Shown: positions 1 through 8,953, counted from the first letter of the stretch. The stretch is 18,875 bases of DNA from Spirochaetota bacterium (GCA_016934935.1 JAFGRW010000108.1:1-18875), one strand, 5' to 3'. The notes: generated by a model from the sequence alone, not told the origin. Made by a program: numbers and translations.

Positions 1-27
1 GAAAAAAATTAAAATAAAGCCAAAAAT

Positions 28-53
28 ATCGCTGTCCTTAAAGCGATTTTTTT
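28..53 (+). terminator. Rho-independent terminator-like hairpin (ATCGCT-N8-AGCGAT) followed by a T7 run; probably ends a transcript coming from outside the window
   Basis: Perfect 6-bp inverted repeat at 28-33 and 42-47, then TTTTTTT at 47-53, read directly from the sequence. Confidence 0.45.
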
Positions 54-273
54 GAGCGGTTTTTTGAGCACTTGCGAAAAAAATTAATCATCATTTAAAC
101 TATAATACCCTTTGAAAAAAATTTCGACAGATACAATATTTTTAACAATTTTGATTATGTATAGATAAAGTCAAGATCTAATCATGAAAACTTTACAGAT
201 TGAAATCGCAGTAATTATTTAAATAATTTTAAAGTTATGATTTAATGATAGATCAGGAATGTGTATTTTTTTA

Positions 274-302
274 TTGCCCTTAACAACGTGTTACTGTTAT
301 AT
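274..302 (+). promoter_or_regulatory. Putative sigma70-type promoter for plsC (TTGCCC-N17-TTATAT)
   Basis: -35-like TTGCCC at 274-279, a 17-nt spacer, and -10-like TTATAT at 297-302, about 35 nt upstream of the ATG at 337. Confidence 0.3.
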
Positions 303-336
303 GGTATATAAATATGAATTCTTGTTGGAAACTTAA

Positions 337-1086
337 ATGAAATTTCTTTACTCTCTTTATCGAATAATTATTTATCCAATTTTACTGTTGATGACAGCTC
401 TTATAAGTATTTGTGTTATTATTGTTTCTGTTTTCAGTGAAAAGGCCGCCTATGTACTCCCTATAGCTCATTCGCGTCTGCTTACATTTTTTATACCAAT
501 CCGCCTTAAGATATTTGGTAAAAAAAATCTTGAAAAGGGTCAATCGTATGTTTTTGTTATTAACCATAACAGTGCTTTGGATATTGGAGCGGTTTATGCC
601 GGATTAAAAAGGGATATCCGCTGGGTAATGAAAAAAGAGCTTACCGATGTTCCGGTCTTTGGTACGGCTTGCCGTAAATTGGGAAATATTCCAATTGATC
701 GTAAAAATCCCAACAAGGCAGTAGAAAGTATAAACGTTGCAAAACAAAAAATCAGGGATGGAGTATGTCTTGCTTTTTTTCCTGAAGGCACCAGGCGGGA
801 TGATGTGCTTTTGGGTCCTTTTAAAAAGGGGGCTTTTCATTTTGCAATTGATATAGGCATACCGGTTGTTCCGATTACACTTGTCGGCATGGAAAAAATT
901 ATGCCGAAAACAAGCAGACTCTTTTATCCGGGAAAAGTTAAGATGTTTATACATTCACCCATAGAGTCAAAGGAGTATACCAAGCAGAGTGTCGATGATT
1001 TTTCTGATAAAGCACGTTTGGTAATAGAGTCTACATTGAAACGTGAGTATTCAGATGATTATTTCAAGAAGGTTATAAATGATTAA
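337..1086 (+). CDS. plsC: 1-acyl-sn-glycerol-3-phosphate (lysophospholipid) acyltransferase, PlsC family
   Basis: N-terminal membrane anchor; acyltransferase motif I HX4D present as VINHNSALD; motif FPEGTR present (block III of the LPLAT family); 249 aa is the usual size. Confidence 0.85.
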   Translation: MKFLYSLYRIIIYPILLLMTALISICVIIVSVFSEKAAYVLPIAHSRLLTFFIPIRLKIFGKKNLEKGQSYVFVINHNSALDIGAVYAGLKRDIRWVMKKELTDVPVFGTACRKLGNIPIDRKNPNKAVESINVAKQKIRDGVCLAFFPEGTRRDDVLLGPFKKGAFHFAIDIGIPVVPITLVGMEKIMPKTSRLFYPGKVKMFIHSPIESKEYTKQSVDDFSDKARLVIESTLKREYSDDYFKKVIND

Positions 1087-1273
1087 TGACGAGCGAATAG
1101 AAGAGCTTGAGATTAAATTCAGCTACCTTGATGAATCGGTAAGAATATTGAACGAAACGGTTATAGAAAAGGATAGAGAGATAGATTCTCTTAAGAAAAG
1201 GATGAAGATTCTGGAAAACAGCCTGGAAGTACTGGGTGAAGAAATATCTAACGAGAAGCCGCCTCACTACTGA
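1079..1273 (+). CDS. slyX: SlyX family protein, a small coiled-coil protein
   Basis: 64-aa helical, charged protein ending in the SlyX-typical C-terminal motif PPHY (E. coli SlyX ends PPPHY); its start overlaps the plsC stop by 8 nt. Confidence 0.75.
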   Translation: MINDERIEELEIKFSYLDESVRILNETVIEKDREIDSLKKRMKILENSLEVLGEEISNEKPPHY

Positions 1274-1494
1274 TTTAACCGATTATCAACTTTACTATGC
1301 GTTACAACTTGCCAAGTTTCTTTCATAAAAAATTCCGGTCGTGCTAAATAAAAAATCAGAGCTATGCGCAATGCATGGAAATTTTGTGATGAAATGACAA
1401 ACTGTAAACTCTTTGCCATTAATTACCGAAAAATTGTTGATATACAAGTAAACAGGGATAGGATAATCTTTAAGCAGTACCAGGAGGAGCCGCT

Positions 1495-3459
1495 ATGCGA
1501 AAAAAAACAGTAATCTTGATTGCAATTCTCTGTTTTGCGGTAGGGTTTTCGGTTTTAAATGCTTCGGATTGGCCTGTTTATAAAGGCAATATTTTCTTTA
1601 CGGGGAATAATGATGAAATCGTGGTTCCTAATGGTAATCTTAAATGGCTTTATCAGGCCGAAGACAGGGTTTACAATCCGATAGTTTCTGACGGTTTTGT
1701 CTATTTTATTGATCAAAAAGCAAATCTTTACTGTTTGAATGAAAACAGTGGAAAGTTGATCTGGAAAATAAACGTAAGGTCAATATCGGATCAGTTCAAG
1801 AAACTGTCCAGGTCTGCAGGCAAGATCAAGTATCCATTAATAAAAGGCGATTATATATATTTAACTGATCCTGTTGCTGTTTACTGTATTAATAAAAAAA
1901 ATGGAAAAGTTTTATGGGCCAGAACTGCTTATAATATGAGTCCTTCAGCCGCCATGGACGTTAAAAAGGGAGATCTTAGCGGAACTACTACTAATGCATT
2001 TGTGGATGGAATTTACAGCGATCCTGTCTTAACCGGTAACGAGATATATTATGGCACCAGAAAAGTATTTGTGTCACGTGATGTTCGAGATGGAAAGGAA
2101 AAGTGGAAAAACAGCAGTGTTAAAAGTTATTCAGGGTTTCCAACTTTCTACGATGATTATTTAATTGTTCAATCCATGGATTATCAGACAATGGAGTATA
2201 AGGTTTTACTGTTGGAAGGTGCAACCGGAAAAACCATCTGGGAAAAGCGACTGCCTCAACCGTTTAAAATATTCCCTCCTGTTGTGTATAAAAGAAGAAT
2301 ATACATCCCGGTTTCACAATCGCTCTATTGTCTTGATATTGATAACGGAAAAGAGTTGTGGAAAAAAGATTATGGTGGAATAATTTCTTCTTTGCCTGGT
2401 TTTACAGACAGAGCTGTTATTTTTACAATAGATAACAAGCGTCTTGTTATTACAGATCCAGAAAATGGTTCAATTGAAAACAGTATAGATATTGGTGATA
2501 AGAGCTCTCCAGGTTATGTAATGGTCAGAGACCAGTTTTATATAGCATATAATGACAAGGGTGGAGTCAACAGAGCGTATGGATCGGTTCGAGCGATTAA
2601 CTATAGTGACAAGTCTGAACTATGGAAGTTTAAGACCCCTTTTCCAGGAGCTGTATCTCAGCCTGTTGCGTCTAACGGTATTTTGTTTTTGCCTGCAGGC
2701 AACTATCTTTATGCTATAGGCGCTGAGGCTTATCCGCGAGTTGTTACCGGTGGAAGTTCGGTTTATGGTGAGCCCGGCAGCGGTTCTGACTCAGCTGCCT
2801 CGGAAAAAGATCCAACGGGTTATGCAGATAAAGAAATTTCTCCTCCTGATGACAAAAAAATCAAGATGCGGGATCTGGATCTTGATGTTACTGATGAGGG
2901 TGGAAACAAGGTGCCTGCATATGCCGATATTGAGCAGCGGGATTCGGAAGGAAGACCTCTTTACAAGGAGAGGCAACCTGTCAGGGATGGAAAAATTAAA
3001 GTTCCTGATGGTGATAATGTTCATGTTGTTGTGGGGTCTGACGGATATATACCGGAAGGATTCGATCTGGATCGAGATGAAAAAAAACGAGATGTTAAGC
3101 TTGAAAAGATTGAAAGTGGTAAAACTTATGTGGTTAAGGATGTGACTTTTGAATATAACAAGGCATATCTAAGAAAATCGTCACTTCCAATACTTAACCG
3201 CCTTCTGGATATAATGGTAAAAAATCCGGGATTAAAACTGGAAATTCGTGGACACACTGATAGTAAAGGCAACGATAAGTATAATCAGAAACTGTCAGAG
3301 CGTCGAGCTGATGCGGTTAGTGAATTTATGATAAAAAATGGTATTAGTCCCGAACGGTTGCGCTCTATTGGCTTTGGCGAGACAAAACCTGTTGCTTCGA
3401 ATGATACAGAAGAGGGACGTCAAAAAAACCGTAGAACAGAATTTATTTTTAAGGAATAG
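1495..3459 (+). CDS. Secreted PQQ-repeat beta-propeller protein (BamB-like fold) fused through an acidic Ser/Gly/Asp linker to a C-terminal OmpA/Pal-like peptidoglycan-binding domain
   Basis: AGGAGG sits 7 nt upstream of the ATG; signal peptide MRKKTVILIAILCFAVGFSVLNA; repeated G-x-hydrophobic-Y/W-x-hydrophobic-D/N blade motifs (LYCLNENSGKLIW, VYCINKKNGKVLW, LYCLDIDNGKELW); C-terminus matches the OmpA_C consensus (IRGHTDSKGNDKYNQKLSERRADAV...GFGETKP...GRQKNRRTEF). Confidence 0.85.
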   Translation: MRKKTVILIAILCFAVGFSVLNASDWPVYKGNIFFTGNNDEIVVPNGNLKWLYQAEDRVYNPIVSDGFVYFIDQKANLYCLNENSGKLIWKINVRSISDQFKKLSRSAGKIKYPLIKGDYIYLTDPVAVYCINKKNGKVLWARTAYNMSPSAAMDVKKGDLSGTTTNAFVDGIYSDPVLTGNEIYYGTRKVFVSRDVRDGKEKWKNSSVKSYSGFPTFYDDYLIVQSMDYQTMEYKVLLLEGATGKTIWEKRLPQPFKIFPPVVYKRRIYIPVSQSLYCLDIDNGKELWKKDYGGIISSLPGFTDRAVIFTIDNKRLVITDPENGSIENSIDIGDKSSPGYVMVRDQFYIAYNDKGGVNRAYGSVRAINYSDKSELWKFKTPFPGAVSQPVASNGILFLPAGNYLYAIGAEAYPRVVTGGSSVYGEPGSGSDSAASEKDPTGYADKEISPPDDKKIKMRDLDLDVTDEGGNKVPAYADIEQRDSEGRPLYKERQPVRDGKIKVPDGDNVHVVVGSDGYIPEGFDLDRDEKKRDVKLEKIESGKTYVVKDVTFEYNKAYLRKSSLPILNRLLDIMVKNPGLKLEIRGHTDSKGNDKYNQKLSERRADAVSEFMIKNGISPERLRSIGFGETKPVASNDTEEGRQKNRRTEFIFKE

Positions 3460-3633
3460 TCATATATGGCAAATTTTCAAAGATAATGTATAAATATAGA
3501 TAAATATTTGACAGTATAAGAACTTTTTAAAAGATAAATAAAACACTAAATTTTTGAAATGGTTTAAGTGGATCTTTATAAAATTTATAAATAGTAAGAC
3601 TATAGCAGATTTAGATATTTGAAAGGTATGGAT

Positions 3634-4365
3634 ATGATAATGCAAAAAATGATTTTTTCAGTAATAATGGTCTTTTCTTTAACGGTTTCTTTGTCGGCCG
3701 GTTATGATGAGGCATTGGAGCTCTATAATCGCGGTGAATATATGAAGTCTATTTATGCCGTTGCGGATGTTCTGTTAATAGAGAAAGATATGGATCCTTC
3801 ATCGGAAAATTATAAGTTAAGATTTTTGGCTGCACATTGCCACTGGCGCCTTGGAAATTACGATAAGGCTATGACCCATTTCATAAAAACACGGGAGATT
3901 CGACCGGATAGTCTGGATCCTCTGATTGATATGGCTCTTATGAATCTGGAAGCTAATAGAAATTCGCATGCTGAGGCATACGCGAAGGCGGTTTTAGATA
4001 AAGATCCAAAAAATAGTCTAGCTCTTTATGTCTATGGCGGGGTAATGGCTTCACGTGGCAATTACGCAGCCGCACAGGACTATTATCAACGGATTATAGC
4101 TGCGGAGACTGAACATTATGCTGCATATAATGCCTTGGGAAAAGTTTTGATGATTCAAAAAAAATATGGAAATGCCGAGACTGCATTTGCCACTGCGGTT
4201 GCTCTTAACAGCAATTCTGCGGAAGTATATAATAATCTGGCGATATGTTACTATAGGCTTGAAAAAATAGATCTTGCTAAAGAGACTATAGAAAAAGCTC
4301 TTACGCTTGATCCTGATAACGATTCAATAAGAAGAAATAAGCAATTGATCGATAAAGGAATTTGA
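3634..4365 (+). CDS. Secreted tetratricopeptide-repeat (TPR) protein
   Basis: The ORF track opens with TTG at 3619; ATG at 3634 sits 7 nt after GAAAGG. Signal peptide MQKMIFSVIMVFSLTVSLSA; several 34-residue TPR-like units with the W-LG-Y / A-F / P pattern (YKLRFLAAHCHWRLGNYDKAMTHFIKTREIRPD, YNALGKVLMIQKKYGNAETAFATAVALNSN, YNNLAICYYRLEKIDLAKETIEKALTLDPDN). Confidence 0.75.
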   Translation: MIMQKMIFSVIMVFSLTVSLSAGYDEALELYNRGEYMKSIYAVADVLLIEKDMDPSSENYKLRFLAAHCHWRLGNYDKAMTHFIKTREIRPDSLDPLIDMALMNLEANRNSHAEAYAKAVLDKDPKNSLALYVYGGVMASRGNYAAAQDYYQRIIAAETEHYAAYNALGKVLMIQKKYGNAETAFATAVALNSNSAEVYNNLAICYYRLEKIDLAKETIEKALTLDPDNDSIRRNKQLIDKGI

Positions 4366-4402
4366 AATTTAGCATATCTTTTGTTTACAAGATAAAAGTA
4401 AA

Positions 4403-4434
4403 GAAGGACGGTCTATGTGACTGTCCTTCTTTTA
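4403..4434 (+). terminator. Rho-independent terminator after the TPR gene
   Basis: 11-bp stem GAAGGACGGTC / GACTGTCCTTC (one G-U pair) with loop TATGT, followed by TTTTAT. Confidence 0.7.
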
Positions 4435-4514
4435 TGGAAATAGATAAAAAAAGCACGATTTAAGTAAAAATTTGTAACAATTTTAGTAGTTTTTTTAAAT
4501 TAATTAAAAAAAGA

Positions 4515-4543
4515 TTGAAATAATTTATAAAACATTGTAAAAT
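4515..4543 (+). promoter_or_regulatory. Near-consensus sigma70 promoter for the cyclase operon (TTGAAA-N17-TAAAAT with TG immediately upstream of the -10)
   Basis: TTGAAA at 4515-4520, a 17-nt spacer, and TAAAAT at 4538-4543 preceded by TG; implies an ~90-nt leader before the ATG at 4639. Confidence 0.45.
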
Positions 4544-4638
4544 ACAATCCAATAGGGATTTTTTCAGATTAATTTGCCTTAAACTCTTCCGTATCTGTTA
4601 GACGGAATTCCTTAATCATTATATTGGATAAAAACATA

Positions 4639-6345
4639 ATGAAAAGAACTGTAAGAGGTCTTTTTTTTAGAAGCGTCAACAGAACGCGTGTTGTGCCTGT
4701 TCGTCTTAAAATTATTGTAATATTTGTTATGTTTATTATCCTTTCCAACCTTAGTACAAACTTCATAAATTTAATGTATAACAGAAATCATCAGTTAATG
4801 TTGATGAAGAAAATTCTGGCCAAAGATCTTAAAGATCTGCATGTTTATAGTAATACCCGTTATGAAATTTCGACTTTTAATGGCAATATCGAAGCTTCTT
4901 TAAACAATATAAAAAGCAAAGCTCTTTACGAGATGAAAAATCGAAAAGCGGTTTTTCTGGCTGTTAAACCTAACGGAAAAATACTGCTTGATGCGTCTCA
5001 TGAGGGACCTGTCTGGAACGAATTTGACCCCGCAGCTCTTGAGAAAATGAAAGAATCCATGGATAAAGAGGGGCAGGGTTTTTTAACGGTCAATAACGGT
5101 GATTATGAATATTTCGGTATTTATAAATATAACTCAAAATGGGATGCCTTTCTGTTCAGGGCAGAAGAGTATGGCGAATTTAACAAGGAATCTGTTGAAA
5201 CGATAAAAATGATTTCACTTGTTATTCTGGCCGGAACAGTCGTTCTAACAATTGTAGGGATTCTTATTATCGGGCATCTTCTCAGGTTTATCGGCATATT
5301 AACAAATTCCATAATGAAAATGGTTAAAAATCAGCAGTTAGAGCTTATACATCTTGAAAACGCGCCTAACGACGATATAACCTATCTGGGTATGGCGTTT
5401 AACTCGTTATCATCGACAATTGAAACTCTTCTGCAAATTTTTAAAAGGTTTACCAATAAGGATATAGCTTATAAGGCTTATAAAGAAAGGATAATTCGCC
5501 TTGAAGGTACACAAAAAGAGCTGACAATTCTATTTTCAGATATTAAGGGTTTTACCACAATAACGGAAACTCTTGGTACAGATATAATTAAACTGATAAA
5601 CATGCATTATGACAAAGCGATAAGGGAAATCATCCGATATGATGGAGCTATTGGATCAATAATCGGTGATGCCATTCTGGCTATGTTCGGCACTATGGAT
5701 GAAGTTGTTACACAGAACAAATCTCTTTCAGCTGTTGCGGCTGCCTATGAGTTACAGTCAATCGCCGAGTCGTTGCGGTTAGAGATGACCAAGAAGAAAG
5801 AGTCCATAATAAGAGTGAAAGGTGGTCTTACAAGGGAAGAAGAGCAGGTATATAACGCGTTAATGATAGAAATTGGTGTAGGCTTGGACGGAGGGGAAGT
5901 TTTTTACGGGAATATAGGTTCTTATGTACGTATGACAAATACCGTTATCGGAGATAATGTTAACTCGGCGTCTCGTCTGGAAGGTCTTACAAGAATATAT
6001 AGTGTTCCGGTAATTTGTTCAGAATATGTTAAAGACGATATTTTGAACAATACATCGGAAAGAGGAATAACTTTTGTTGAAATTGATATTGTTCAGGTCA
6101 AAGGAAAAACAATAGGTAAAAAGATATATTGGCCTATACCTGAACAGTTTATGTCAGGAAGTCTGAAGAAAGATATCGCTCGTTTCAGTAAGGCTTTAAA
6201 GCTCTATTATGCTGGCAAGTGGGTATCTGCTAATAAGGAGTTTAAACAGGTTAATTTACCATTAGCAAGGGAATTTATAAACAGGACAGAATCCAAAGCT
6301 GCTCCTAAAAACTGGACAGGCATATGGGCAATGAAAAGCAAGTAA
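4639..6345 (+). CDS. Membrane-bound sensor adenylate/guanylate cyclase: TM1, ~150-aa periplasmic sensor domain, TM2, HAMP-like linker, class III cyclase homology domain
   Basis: ATG 4639 preferred over the TTG at 4624 that opens the track ORF; two hydrophobic segments (VVPVRLKIIVIFVMFIILSNL and MISLVILAGTVVLTIVGILIIGHLL); class III cyclase catalytic signatures LTILFSDIKGFT (metal Asp), IGDAILAMFG (second Asp), GDNVNSASRLEG (Asn/Arg). Confidence 0.85.
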   Translation: MKRTVRGLFFRSVNRTRVVPVRLKIIVIFVMFIILSNLSTNFINLMYNRNHQLMLMKKILAKDLKDLHVYSNTRYEISTFNGNIEASLNNIKSKALYEMKNRKAVFLAVKPNGKILLDASHEGPVWNEFDPAALEKMKESMDKEGQGFLTVNNGDYEYFGIYKYNSKWDAFLFRAEEYGEFNKESVETIKMISLVILAGTVVLTIVGILIIGHLLRFIGILTNSIMKMVKNQQLELIHLENAPNDDITYLGMAFNSLSSTIETLLQIFKRFTNKDIAYKAYKERIIRLEGTQKELTILFSDIKGFTTITETLGTDIIKLINMHYDKAIREIIRYDGAIGSIIGDAILAMFGTMDEVVTQNKSLSAVAAAYELQSIAESLRLEMTKKKESIIRVKGGLTREEEQVYNALMIEIGVGLDGGEVFYGNIGSYVRMTNTVIGDNVNSASRLEGLTRIYSVPVICSEYVKDDILNNTSERGITFVEIDIVQVKGKTIGKKIYWPIPEQFMSGSLKKDIARFSKALKLYYAGKWVSANKEFKQVNLPLAREFINRTESKAAPKNWTGIWAMKSK

Positions 6346-7787
6346 AAAGGGATCTTATTGAAAAATCGAAATCAGAATTTTTGCCGGCTGAATTTCATGA
6401 TCCCGATTCAGGAGTTGTTACCTATTCAATTGAAGAGGAATACGCGAAAACACAGAAAAACCGAAGTCTTCGGCTTTATGGATTTGTACTTCTTTTCTTT
6501 GCGGCAATTGCTGTGGCGTCGCTTGTTTGGATAGTGGTTTTGCAAAGGCAGGGTGATAATCTTGTAGTTGATATAAGTGATTTTAAAGATATCAAGGCTC
6601 TGGATGTCGTAAACAGAATAAAAGAACTTGAGACAAGAATTAATGAACTGAAATATGAACTTAAAGCAATTTATGAAAAGCGTGATGATGAACTAGCAAG
6701 GCTGAACAGGGAGTTTCGTTCTCAGAGAGAAGCTTTGCTTGCGGTTGATGACGAAGTATTGCACGATGAACCGACGGGATCAGAAAAAGAATCCAGTGTT
6801 TTTGATGACGAGCCTTCCAGTAAAGAAGCATCTGTCACAGGGGCCGGTGTGACAGAGGAATCATCTGTAGTTACTACTTCTTCATCTAAAGATGAAGTGG
6901 TAGCTGTAGATTCACGATTTCGTTCTAAAAGTGGAACAATCAGGGATAAATATGACCTGCTTGCCGAAAATAAAAAAGAAGAAATAAGAAAAGCTGAAGA
7001 AGAATTGGAAAAATTGAGAAAAAAAGCCGGTGCTGATGTGGAATCTGCCGGAGCGATTCTTGGGGAAAAGGATGAGCTATATAATCTTCAGATGAACAAG
7101 ATGCGCAAAGAGTATGAGGATCAAAAAAGCGAGACTACTCGAAAACATCAAGACGAACTGGATCAGATTGTTAATCGTTATAATCCACACTTTAATGAAA
7201 GCCGCTTACAGGCGATAATTGGTCGAAGGGTAATCAATGTGCGGATTCCTTCAGAGGTTTTATCCGGCATTGAAAAAGATCTTCAACGGGAACGCGCTGT
7301 AACAAAAGATGATATTTCTCAATTACGAAGAAGTGTTTCGGATGAAATGGCCTTGCTAAAAAAACTTAAAACAGTTCCTTACACTAATTCAGTGCCTCGA
7401 TCACTGCTTCATATGGAATCTTTTACCAAAATAACCGTGGCAATATATGATAGAATTGTAACAAAACTTATCGAGCGTGTAAGGCGAAAAAATTCAATGA
7501 TTAATGCTTATAATTACGCTTTCAGCTCGAAAGTTAAGCGAGACGGTGAAAATGGGTTTGTTCTGGATGCACGAAATAAGAATCGAATAATTATGTATAT
7601 CGATGATACTTATGAAATTAGAGATGGAGATACCGCCTATATTTTCAGAAGTGATGAGAGTGAAATAGCAACTGTTACGATTGAAAAAGGACCGGATCTA
7701 TATTATGGAAAAGTTGTTACCATGTCTGCGGATGCACGGATTAATCCTTTTGATAAAATTATGTTAAAAGTGGTGCGGGAGAGATAA
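6324..7787 (+). CDS. Hypothetical membrane-anchored coiled-coil protein with no recognised domain: N-terminal cytoplasmic tail, one TM helix, coiled coil, acidic Ser/Thr-rich linker, second coiled coil, C-terminal beta-rich domain
   Basis: Long ORF whose start overlaps the cyclase stop by 22 nt; TM segment LRLYGFVLLFFAAIAVASLVWIVVL; heptad-like K/E-rich stretches; coding-like composition. Confidence 0.65.
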   Translation: MGNEKQVKRDLIEKSKSEFLPAEFHDPDSGVVTYSIEEEYAKTQKNRSLRLYGFVLLFFAAIAVASLVWIVVLQRQGDNLVVDISDFKDIKALDVVNRIKELETRINELKYELKAIYEKRDDELARLNREFRSQREALLAVDDEVLHDEPTGSEKESSVFDDEPSSKEASVTGAGVTEESSVVTTSSSKDEVVAVDSRFRSKSGTIRDKYDLLAENKKEEIRKAEEELEKLRKKAGADVESAGAILGEKDELYNLQMNKMRKEYEDQKSETTRKHQDELDQIVNRYNPHFNESRLQAIIGRRVINVRIPSEVLSGIEKDLQRERAVTKDDISQLRRSVSDEMALLKKLKTVPYTNSVPRSLLHMESFTKITVAIYDRIVTKLIERVRRKNSMINAYNYAFSSKVKRDGENGFVLDARNKNRIIMYIDDTYEIRDGDTAYIFRSDESEIATVTIEKGPDLYYGKVVTMSADARINPFDKIMLKVVRER

Positions 7788-8659
7788 TGAAAAAAATATT
7801 ATTATTGTCGGTTATTTTTTTAACCACTAATCTGTTTCCGTATAATTGGGAGTCAAAAGATTATTCTGTACGTAGAAGTGCTTCGCGGGATATTGCGCGA
7901 GTTACTGACCCTGCAGGGCGAGTTTTTTTTGTGAAAGGGGATTCTCGTGTTACAAAAGCTCGAGCTGACGAGATAGAAAAGTTGGCTTTACAGTTCTATG
8001 GAATGAAGTATATCTCTGTTGACAGGATAATCTTTAACGTCAAAGGTTCATCCCTTAGAATTCTTGTGGTGCCCAAATCATATAAATATAAGGATTCAGA
8101 TCTGTTGCCGTACATGACGGCCGGATTGGTTTTTGATTACAGCGCGGATGTATTAAACTATAATTTTCGCCTTAAAAGCGGCGAAATATTTATGAAATTG
8201 ACGGGTGTTTTTATTGACGAAGAAATGCTGTCAAAAAAGATAGAAGAGGCGTTAAAAGATCCGGGTGCCTATGTCGCCCGCAGGGATTCAGAATATCTTT
8301 TAAACAAGCTTGACGAACTGGAAGTGAAGGTTATGCAGCTTGAAGAGCAGAACAAAAGAATAATAAAGAATTTTTCGGACTACCAGAAAGCGACGAATCA
8401 ATATATCCGTAATTTGCAGACAGAAGATGAGAGGATAAGATTTGCGATTATTGCTTTTCAAAATGACAGATTTTTTGCCGGTGAAAAACCTGTAAAACCG
8501 GATATCGTTGAAGCAGTAATTAAACTGCGTTTGCGTAATCCCTCGCTTGACATTGATGATTTTATGGATAAAGTTGAAGAGGCCGGTATTGAGGTATCTA
8601 AAAAAGAAGTTAATATAATACTGATTGCTTATCGGAATGAATTTAAAAAAGAAAAATAA
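7787..8659 (+). CDS. Hypothetical secreted or periplasmic protein with a central coiled coil
   Basis: Its ATG shares one nucleotide with the upstream TAA (TAATG coupling); GGGAGAG Shine-Dalgarno 5 nt upstream; signal peptide MKKILLLSVIFLTTNLFP; no recognisable domain. Confidence 0.65.
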   Translation: MKKILLLSVIFLTTNLFPYNWESKDYSVRRSASRDIARVTDPAGRVFFVKGDSRVTKARADEIEKLALQFYGMKYISVDRIIFNVKGSSLRILVVPKSYKYKDSDLLPYMTAGLVFDYSADVLNYNFRLKSGEIFMKLTGVFIDEEMLSKKIEEALKDPGAYVARRDSEYLLNKLDELEVKVMQLEEQNKRIIKNFSDYQKATNQYIRNLQTEDERIRFAIIAFQNDRFFAGEKPVKPDIVEAVIKLRLRNPSLDIDDFMDKVEEAGIEVSKKEVNIILIAYRNEFKKEK

Positions 8660-8930
8660 CTGTTATCAGCTAACTTTTAAAGTTACACCAAATTCTTCAA
8701 AAAATGCTTTGGAAAAGGATGCCGATGGTAATTTGAGATTGCGATTGGCTGCACCTCCTGTTGATGGAAAGGCAAACAAGGCCTGTATTGCTTTTTTTTC
8801 AAAGACCTTCAAAATTCCCAAGTCTTCCATAAAAATCGTCAAAGGGGAGACTTCACGTTATAAGACTATTTTATTTGACGGATATTACGAGAAAGATATT
8901 ACAATTATTATTGATCGAATAATTGCTTAA
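8637..8930 (+). CDS. DUF167 / YggU (UPF0235) family protein
   Basis: The family core motif LRLRLAAPPVDGKANKACIAFFSKTFKIPKSSIKIVKGETSRYK is present; ATG 8637 preferred over the TTG at 8625 that opens the track ORF; overlaps the upstream gene by 23 nt. Confidence 0.75.
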   Translation: MNLKKKNNCYQLTFKVTPNSSKNALEKDADGNLRLRLAAPPVDGKANKACIAFFSKTFKIPKSSIKIVKGETSRYKTILFDGYYEKDITIIIDRIIA

Positions 8931-8953
8931 TAATTACGGAAAATCATAATAAA

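Noticed and set aside
382-1267. Minus-strand ORFs 382..567, 594..791, 604..954 and 1073..1267
   Set aside because: Antisense to plsC and slyX, whose plus frames carry the HX4D and FPEGTR motifs and the PPHY motif respectively.
2165-3145. Alternative-frame ORFs (2165..2383 +, 2741..3145 +, 2791..3024 -) inside the PQQ/OmpA gene
   Set aside because: They are nested in a gene with strong domain support. Their frames encode low-complexity sequence without signals.
4639-7787. Pycsar- or CBASS-like anti-phage cyclase-effector pair
   Set aside because: The cyclase has a two-TM periplasmic sensor and HAMP architecture typical of signal-transducing cyclases, not the compact cytosolic Pycsar cyclase (PycC). 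The downstream protein shows no cyclic-nucleotide-binding, TIR or multi-TM effector features.
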